Shown piece by piece: positions 1 to 6,055 of a stretch of 16,651 nucleotides of DNA. The notes beneath the pieces were generated by a model. That model was not told where the DNA came from. It searched no databases and worked only from the letters and a program-made list of their open reading frames with translations. The DNA is taken from assembly GCA_041548245.1 (NCBI GenBank), contig JBFESZ010000041.1, forward strand, positions 1 to 16,651, in the 5' to 3' direction. Source of the DNA: Sulfurimonadaceae bacterium. Lineage in GTDB: Bacteria > Campylobacterota > Campylobacteria > Campylobacterales > Sulfurimonadaceae. The translations under genes were made by a program, and so were the position numbers. The first letter of the stretch is position 1. Each line of letters starts with the position of its first letter.

Positions 1-44
1 TCATTACTTTAAAGTCGTTGTTGAAAAAAATGTTAAGAAGAAGT

Positions 45-71
45 GACAAACCCGCGTAAAGCGAGAAAGTC
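45..71 (-). terminator. Possible weak intrinsic terminator of the DUF3373-like gene
   Basis: On the minus strand just after the stop: CUCGC-UUUAC-GCGGG, a 5-bp stem with one G-U pair, extendable by GAC/GUC. It is followed by the U-rich UUUGUCACUUCUUCUU. Confidence 0.3.
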
Positions 72-75
72 GTTT

Positions 76-1680
76 TTAGTAGCGGTAGCGTAGATAGACG
101 CGAAGGTCTTGTGCTTTATCGACGATACTTCCTGCGAATGGATGTGCAGCTGGTATCTCAGAGATTTTCATTGGTGTACCTGTCGTGCTTCCAAAGAAAC
201 CATTAGAGCCAGAATAGTCATAGTCTATATAAGTATAGCGGACTTGAAGACTGAGTACATCATCGAGTAACGGTTCAGTGAAATAGGCTTCATAAGCATT
301 ACCGCGTGCAGCGACTTTTGATCCGATCATGGTGTCCTCACCATATGTGACCGGTCTCCAGTATTTTGAACCGTGGTTGAACTCAAGACCGAAACGTCCC
401 TCTTCGGAGATGAGTGATGGCATGTTAAGTCCTACCCAGTAAGAGTAACCGTTTTCCATCTCAGTGGAACCAAGCATAGATCCATTCTCATTTGGATCTG
501 TGCGTGACATGGCTCCACTGATAAAGAGTGTCGTATCATCAAGGAACTCAGACCACTCATTACCGATACCGTTAAGCATCATGTAGATCGAACCGCTGTA
601 GAGGTCACCGACTGTTTCAAAGCCTGTTGGATTGAAAGGATCGTCCATATCGATCAGGTTTTGTGCTCCGTAGAACTGTGTACCCACAGAGAACTGGCCG
701 TTGTCGTACGGTACGAAGATGAAACCGCCTAGGTAGATAGGTAAAGTATTGTCTGATTTGTCCATCGCATACGGAGTGGCACTGAACATTGGTTTCGCAT
801 CTGTCGCACCTTGACCGGCACATAGTTTAATGTACATACCCGGTACGCCCGTAAGTTTTTCCAGCCCGAATTTTGAGCTTAGCCCGTCAAACTCGACATT
901 GATCGTATGTCCAGACGGTGAAGCTGCCGGGTCATTCTCTCTTAGATTGATAAGGTGTCCATTTGTAGATGGACGTCGTCCAAGGCTGAATGTCCACGGA
1001 ATGTCTGCACCAAGGAATGTATCATTTCTGTAAAAGTAGTATGCCGATTTTACATAAAGTCCGCCATCATAATTGGGGTTTTCGTTTCCTGTCCAGTCAA
1101 ATGTTTCAAATGCACTTCCATCTTGCATAGACGTTTGGCTCATTGGATTGACAGCAAAGCGCGAACCGTATGTCTTATGGTAAGCAAGTTGACCTGTAAA
1201 ACTGATGTTCTCATTTGCTGCCCAGTCCATGTTCAACCATAGTCTGTTCGTTAAGAGTGCATTGTTCTCATGACGAGAACCGTCAGCCATCTCATAATTG
1301 ACCATATCATACGATGTTCTAAAGTCAACACCGAGTTTGAGGTGGTTCCCTGAAGTCGCTTTGGTCAGTTCGGTGACAGATTCTTGAAGCTCTTCGATTG
1401 CTTCATTGACGTTGGTTCCCTCTTCCTCATCGGCCTCTTCTTCAGAATATTGGGCCTTTGGTCCTTTAGCTTCTTCTTCATCTGCTTCATCACCTTCCTC
1501 GTCATCACGAGCTTCAGATTTAACAGCAGCTGCTTTTTCAGCTTTTAAGTCTGCAAGTTCGTTTTGCAAACGCATCATCTCTTTTTCCATCGCTTCAAAG
1601 CGTTCATACATTGTTGCTGCACTTGCATCACCAAGCAAAAGTGTTGCAGCAATCAAAGATCCTAATAAAGGCTTGTTCAT
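76..1680 (-). CDS. DUF3373-like outer-membrane beta-barrel (putative porin)
   Basis: 534-aa ORF with an AAGGAG RBS. It has a signal peptide ending ASA-A, an N-terminal coiled coil, aromatic/Gly-rich alternating strands (e.g. TNRLWLNMDW, FSLGRRPST) and a C-terminal beta-signal-like LRVYLRYRY. Family assignment is by recognition. Confidence 0.75.
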   Translation of the reverse strand: MNKPLLGSLIAATLLLGDASAATMYERFEAMEKEMMRLQNELADLKAEKAAAVKSEARDDEEGDEADEEEAKGPKAQYSEEEADEEEGTNVNEAIEELQESVTELTKATSGNHLKLGVDFRTSYDMVNYEMADGSRHENNALLTNRLWLNMDWAANENISFTGQLAYHKTYGSRFAVNPMSQTSMQDGSAFETFDWTGNENPNYDGGLYVKSAYYFYRNDTFLGADIPWTFSLGRRPSTNGHLINLRENDPAASPSGHTINVEFDGLSSKFGLEKLTGVPGMYIKLCAGQGATDAKPMFSATPYAMDKSDNTLPIYLGGFIFVPYDNGQFSVGTQFYGAQNLIDMDDPFNPTGFETVGDLYSGSIYMMLNGIGNEWSEFLDDTTLFISGAMSRTDPNENGSMLGSTEMENGYSYWVGLNMPSLISEEGRFGLEFNHGSKYWRPVTYGEDTMIGSKVAARGNAYEAYFTEPLLDDVLSLQVRYTYIDYDYSGSNGFFGSTTGTPMKISEIPAAHPFAGSIVDKAQDLRVYLRYRY

Positions 1681-1937
1681 TTAACTCTCTCCTTTTAAAT
1701 TTTGAAAGACAAACATTAACTTTTACATTAATATTAAAAATTCAAAATAATTCTGTCCATGGTATCTAAGATAAGATAAAACTATTTTTAAAGTTCTTTT
1801 TTCAAGTTGTTTATTGCACATATACACAGAAGAATGCTACGAATTTTCGTTTCAAAGTAATATAAGATTTTTAAATTTTAATCATTTCTAACGCTACGCT
1901 TTTTATATGTTTCAGCAAATATGAATGATTATTTGTA

Positions 1938-1943
1938 TATAAT
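1938..1943 (+). promoter_or_regulatory. sigma70 -10 box for rpsB-tsf
   Basis: TATAAT in AT-rich context, about 165 nt upstream of the rpsB ATG and upstream of the structured leader. Confidence 0.55.
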
Positions 1944-1990
1944 TACGCGCTTTATTTACATTCAAACATGTGTGTAATGCAAAGATGCAA

Positions 1991-2091
1991 GTGTCAATCC
2001 TTGAATTGGTTGCGGACTGGATTCTTATCCTACTTCGTTAAGGGACACTGAGGCTAAACCAAAAAATTTATACGTCAAGCTGAAGCTTGGC
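1991..2091 (+). ncRNA. rpsB 5' leader, cis-regulatory RNA (t44/S2-leader-like)
   Basis: Outer stem GTGTC(1991-1995)/GACAC(2044-2048) plus CCTTGA(1999-2004)/TTAAGG(2038-2043). Inner hairpin GGAT-TCTT-ATCC (2019-2030). Loop TTGGTT (2006-2011) is complementary to AACCAA (2057-2062), which follows a GAGGC motif. This matches the architecture of the E. coli rpsB leader. Confidence 0.7.
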
Positions 2092-2106
2092 TCACAAGGA
2101 ATAATC

Positions 2107-2889
2107 ATGGTAAGCATGAAAGATCTACTAGAATGTGGTGTACACTTCGGTCACCAAACACGTCGTTGGAACCCAAAGATGAAAAAATATATCTTCGGTG
2201 TTCGTAAAAACATCTATATCATTGACCTTCAGAAAACACTTCGTTTTTTCCGTGCGACATATCAGATCGTTGCTGATGAAGCAGCGAAGGGAAAAACAAT
2301 CATTTTCGTTGGTACAAAGAAACAAGCACGTACAGCTATCCGTGAAGCAGCAGAAAAATGTGGTATGCCATACGTAGACAACCGCTGGTTGGGTGGTATG
2401 CTGACTAACTTCGGTACAATGCAAAAATCAATCCGTAAACTTGACATCATTGAAGAGATGCAAGCAAACGGTCAGATGGAACTTCTTACTAAGAAAGAAG
2501 CATTGATGCTTGGTCGTGCAAAAGAGAAGCTTGAGTCTTACCTTGGCGGTATCCGCACAATGAAAAAACTTCCGGATATGATGTTTGTTATTGACCCGGT
2601 AAAAGAACACATCGCAGTAAAAGAAGCACGTAAACTTGGAATCAAAGTTGTTGCTCCACTTGATACAAACTGTGATCCTGATCTTATCGATTTCCCAATC
2701 CCTGGAAATGATGATGCGATCCGTTCAATTCAACTTTTCTGTAAAGAGATGGCTGAAGCGGTAATCGAAGGTCGTGCTCAAAACGAAGAGATCGTTGAAG
2801 AAGTAGCTGCTACTGAAGAAGAAGTAGCTGAAGTTGTGGCTGAAGCGAAAGCTGAAGCTGAAGCAGAAGAATCAACAGAGGAAGCATAA
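2107..2889 (+). CDS. rpsB: 30S ribosomal protein S2
   Basis: Motifs [24 protein letters not shown] and [18 protein letters not shown] at 2096-2100. Confidence 0.99.
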   Translation: MVSMKDLLECGVHFGHQTRRWNPKMKKYIFGVRKNIYIIDLQKTLRFFRATYQIVADEAAKGKTIIFVGTKKQARTAIREAAEKCGMPYVDNRWLGGMLTNFGTMQKSIRKLDIIEEMQANGQMELLTKKEALMLGRAKEKLESYLGGIRTMKKLPDMMFVIDPVKEHIAVKEARKLGIKVVAPLDTNCDPDLIDFPIPGNDDAIRSIQLFCKEMAEAVIEGRAQNEEIVEEVAATEEEVAEVVAEAKAEAEAEESTEEA

Positions 2890-2891
2890 TC

Positions 2892-3956
2892 ATGGCAGTT
2901 TCAGCAGCAATGGTAAAAGAGCTACGTCAGGCGACGGATGCTCCGATGATGGATTGTAAAAAAGCGCTTACTGAATGTGATGGTGATATGGAAAAAGCAA
3001 CCGAATGGTTGCGTGAACGTGGTGTTGCACAATCAGCTAAAAAAGCTGACCGTATTGCAGCTGAAGGTTCAATTGGTCTTCACCTTTCTCCTGACTTCAA
3101 AAGAGCTACGCTTGTTGAAGTTAACTCGGAGACAGACTTCGTTGCACAAAACGACGGGTTCAAAGACCTAGTATCTAAAACAGTTTCTCAGGCCTATGAA
3201 ACTGACTGTACCGATGTAGAAGCACTACGCCAGACTCAACTTGAAGGTAAAGCTTTCTCTGCATATTTTGATGAGACTGTGGCTAAGATCGGTGAGAAGA
3301 TTGAAATCCGCCGTATCGCAGCACTAAGTGGTAATGAGAATGTAGCGGTTAACGGTTACATCCACTCAAATACACGTATCGGTGTTATCGTTGCTATCGA
3401 ATGTGATTCTGCAAAAACTGCAGAAGCAATGGTTCCAGTGGCTAAGCAAGTTGCTATGCATGCATCAGCGATGAAACCTACAACACTTTCGTACAAAGAT
3501 TTTGATGCGGATTTCGTAGAAGCTGAGACAAAAGGTCGTATCGAAGCGATCAAAAAAGAGAACGAAGAACGTGCCCGTTTGAAAAAACCACTGATCAACG
3601 TTCCTGAATATATCTCTATGAGCCAATTGACTGACGATGTTTTGGCAAAAGCTGAAGAGAACATCAAAGCAAAATTGAAAGAAGAAGGTAAACCGGAGCA
3701 GATCTGGGACAAGATCGTTCCTGGTCAACTTGCTCGCTATATCCAAGACAATACGACTCTTGACAAAGAACAAGCTCTTCTAGATCAGAACTATGTTCTT
3801 GATGACAAGATGAATGTTGCCGAGGCTGTTGCTGCTGCTGCTAAAGCAGCTGGCGGTACAGCTGAAATCTCTGCTTTTGTCCGCCTTGAAGTTGGTGAAG
3901 GTATCGAGAAAAAAGAAGAAGACTTTGCAGCAGAAGTTGCTGCGCAAATGGCATAA
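2892..3956 (+). CDS. tsf: Translation elongation factor Ts
   Basis: Motifs [29 protein letters not shown] and C-terminal [20 protein letters not shown]; directly downstream of rpsB. Confidence 0.99.
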   Translation: MAVSAAMVKELRQATDAPMMDCKKALTECDGDMEKATEWLRERGVAQSAKKADRIAAEGSIGLHLSPDFKRATLVEVNSETDFVAQNDGFKDLVSKTVSQAYETDCTDVEALRQTQLEGKAFSAYFDETVAKIGEKIEIRRIAALSGNENVAVNGYIHSNTRIGVIVAIECDSAKTAEAMVPVAKQVAMHASAMKPTTLSYKDFDADFVEAETKGRIEAIKKENEERARLKKPLINVPEYISMSQLTDDVLAKAEENIKAKLKEEGKPEQIWDKIVPGQLARYIQDNTTLDKEQALLDQNYVLDDKMNVAEAVAAAAKAAGGTAEISAFVRLEVGEGIEKKEEDFAAEVAAQMA

Positions 3957-4015
3957 TCCTTTCGGATTATCTCTATTCTTCGAAGAAGAGGCTTCCTCTT
4001 CTTATTCCTGCTTTT
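3954..4015 (+). terminator. Tandem hairpins after tsf, probable intrinsic terminator
   Basis: TAATCC-TTTC-GGATTA (3954-3969), then a perfect 9-bp stem AAGAAGAGG-CTT-CCTCTTCTT (3983-4003) with a pyrimidine-rich tail. Confidence 0.65.
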
Positions 4016-4035
4016 AAGTAAAACCCCTTTATAAT
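4013..4035 (+). promoter_or_regulatory. sigma70 promoter for ABC ATPase-fliR
   Basis: TTTAAGT (4013-4019) followed by TATAAT (4030-4035), resembling Campylobacterota housekeeping promoters; 28 nt before the ATG. Confidence 0.55.
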
Positions 4036-4063
4036 CTCTTTTAAAAAATAAGTTTGAATCGCA

Positions 4064-4708
4064 ATGCAACTACTTAATGCTAAGAATTTGGCACACAACT
4101 TTGATTATCCTCTTTTTGATGATATTAATCTGGACCTTCATACTCATGAGTCAATGGCAATCATCGGAGCCAGCGGAAGTGGGAAGTCTACACTTTTACA
4201 TATACTCTCATCTTTACTTAAACCTAATGCAGGCACGGTTGAACTGTTTGGGAAGGATATCTACACACTGAAAAAGGATGAGCTTGTCAGAATACGCAGA
4301 GACGATATCGGGATGGTCTTTCAATCCCATTATCTTTTCCGAGGCTTTTCAGGATATGAAAACCTGGAGGTAGCAGCTATTCTTTCTCAAAACAGTGTCA
4401 ATGAAGATTACCTCAAGGGGCTAGGGATCAATGAGGTCATTCATCAAAAGGTGACTGAGCTTTCCGGAGGACAGCAGCAACGTGTCTCGATCGCAAGGGT
4501 ATTAACAAAAAAACCACGTATCATCTTTGCGGATGAACCCACAGGAAACCTGGACCATGAGACAGCCTTGGACGTTATGAAGCTCTTTAAAGAGTATATA
4601 CATAAAGAAGCAGCAGCAATGGTCTTGGTAACGCATGAAGAGAACTTGGCTATGAAGTGTGATCATGTATATCGGCTTCAAGAGATGAAACTTCATAAGA
4701 TCAAATAG
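4064..4708 (+). CDS. ABC transporter ATP-binding protein (LolD/MacB-like), no adjacent permease
   Basis: Walker A GASGSGKS, Q-loop MVFQ, signature LSGGQ, Walker B IIFADE, DEPTGNLD and H-loop VTH. Confidence 0.93.
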   Translation: MQLLNAKNLAHNFDYPLFDDINLDLHTHESMAIIGASGSGKSTLLHILSSLLKPNAGTVELFGKDIYTLKKDELVRIRRDDIGMVFQSHYLFRGFSGYENLEVAAILSQNSVNEDYLKGLGINEVIHQKVTELSGGQQQRVSIARVLTKKPRIIFADEPTGNLDHETALDVMKLFKEYIHKEAAAMVLVTHEENLAMKCDHVYRLQEMKLHKIK

Positions 4709-4725
4709 CGCTTTTAGGGAGGAAA

Positions 4726-5493
4726 ATGGAAGTCATTGAATTTCTAACACCGGCAAATGTCGTTGGTTTTTTACTTCTTTTTTTTCGCTTTGCGGGACTC
4801 TTCATTATGGTGCCTCTTTTCTCGCATACCTCTATTCCTGTTACGGTGAAGACATCAATGGCTTTTGTATTCTCTGTTCTTTTTTTCTCTGTTATGCCCC
4901 CGCTTCAGCTCGAGGTGACGACACCTAATGTCGTCTTGGCTATACTAAGTGAGTTTCTTTTGGGTTTTACGGTTGGCCTCATGTTGCAGCTTGTCATGAA
5001 CATCATGACTTTTGCGGGGATTCAGATATCGTTTATCATGGGGTTTTCAATGGCCTCGGTGATGGACCCGCAATCGGGGATATCAATGCCTATTATCAGT
5101 AATATTCTGGCGTTGCTGGCATTGATGATATTTTTGGCATTGGATGGGCATCATGTCGTACTTCTATTTGTCAATGATTCCTTAACGGAGGTGGCATTGG
5201 GCGGTTTTTTACTCAAAGAAGAACTTTTTACTTATATGTTAAAAGCCACGACAAATATGTTTGTCGTTGGATTTATGATCGCCTTTCCAATCATTGCTCT
5301 ATCCTTGCTAGCCGATGTGATATTTGGCATGTTGATGAAGACTATGCCTCAATTCAATCTTCTTGTTATTGGATTTCCCATTAAGATCATGGTTGCCTTT
5401 GTCGTTATCATTGCAACACTGGCTACCTTTATGGGAATTTTTAAAGCGGAAATGTTTGAGGCATTTAACAGTCTTCCCCTTGTTTTTCAATAG
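4726..5493 (+). CDS. fliR: Flagellar type III export protein FliR
   Basis: Very hydrophobic 255-aa protein with motifs MGFSMASVMDPQSG, FLALDGHH and KTMPQFNLLVIGFPIKI; GGAGG RBS. Confidence 0.97.
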   Translation: MEVIEFLTPANVVGFLLLFFRFAGLFIMVPLFSHTSIPVTVKTSMAFVFSVLFFSVMPPLQLEVTTPNVVLAILSEFLLGFTVGLMLQLVMNIMTFAGIQISFIMGFSMASVMDPQSGISMPIISNILALLALMIFLALDGHHVVLLFVNDSLTEVALGGFLLKEELFTYMLKATTNMFVVGFMIAFPIIALSLLADVIFGMLMKTMPQFNLLVIGFPIKIMVAFVVIIATLATFMGIFKAEMFEAFNSLPLVFQ

Positions 5494-5981
5494 ATATTAC
5501 AGCGTCTTAACAAAGTATTGAAGATTGTATTGCAAGACCCCTCTTTATAGAGCGAGAAGGAATATCTTTTCTTCATCATTGAGCTATTAAGATCCTCGCT
5601 AAGAAGAAAAAGTTTCTGATTGTCAATACAGATCAAGGAGCCTTCAAGTCTTTTGGAGTTATTAAATGGTCTCAGCGCAAAAATAGATATGTTGTTGAAC
5701 AGGCTCAGCCTAAGGATTTTGTTTTCTTTCACGATAGGGCCCTGAGTGATGATTGTCACTGGGATATCTCTTTTTGCAGTGTTTTTTAAATGTTTAATCA
5801 GCATATAATCATCTAGCAATGGTGTGAAGATCAAAACTTCCTGACGGGCTTCTTGTATCTGTGTATTGATATTATCTAAAAGATGGTCTGCATCATCAGG
5901 AAGCAAAAAAGTCTCTTGGGAAAATAAAATAATAGGCAAAAATATTAAAAGTCGCAGCAAGTTCTTCCCCTTTTTCATCAC
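5487..5981 (-). CDS. Secreted phospholipase D/Nuc-fold (NucT-like) protein with degenerate catalytic motif
   Basis: Signal-peptide-like N-terminus (GTG at 5981 or ATG at 5978). FLLP..., IQEARQEVLI and LKNTAKRDIPVTII follow the Nuc/NucT pattern. The HxKxxxxD...GSxN region reads ExSxxxxD...LSED. Confidence 0.65.
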   Translation of the reverse strand: MMKKGKNLLRLLIFLPIILFSQETFLLPDDADHLLDNINTQIQEARQEVLIFTPLLDDYMLIKHLKNTAKRDIPVTIITQGPIVKENKILRLSLFNNISIFALRPFNNSKRLEGSLICIDNQKLFLLSEDLNSSMMKKRYSFSLYKEGSCNTIFNTLLRRCNIY

Positions 5982-5999
5982 ATATTGAGGTTTTTTAGC

Positions 6000-6037
6000 T
6001 AGAATATATTCAAATAACCGCCCAAATAGTAATTATA
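6000..6037. promoter_or_regulatory. Face-to-face -10 boxes for chePep (+) and the Nuc-like gene (-)
   Basis: TAGAAT on + at 6000-6005 and TATAAT on - at 6037-6032. Confidence 0.4.
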
Positions 6038-6055
6038 TACCAAAAGGTTTTTGAT

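Noticed and set aside
11..74. 9-bp direct repeat AAAGTCGTT at 11-19 and 66-74 flanking a weak hairpin
   Set aside because: Too short to separate from chance; no terminal inverted repeats or transposase to suggest a target-site duplication.
617..1684. Short alternative ORFs within the DUF3373-like gene
   Set aside because: All overlap a well-supported gene and show no recognisable motifs; 1406-1684 mirrors the acidic linker.
1681..1937. AT-rich spacer upstream of the DUF3373-like gene, including ACATTAA at 1713 and 1725
   Set aside because: No convincing ORF or RNA structure, and the repeat is weak given the base composition.
2128..4696. Small alternative-frame and antisense ORFs over rpsB, tsf and the ABC ATPase
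   Set aside because: They overlap conserved genes and have no independent coding evidence.
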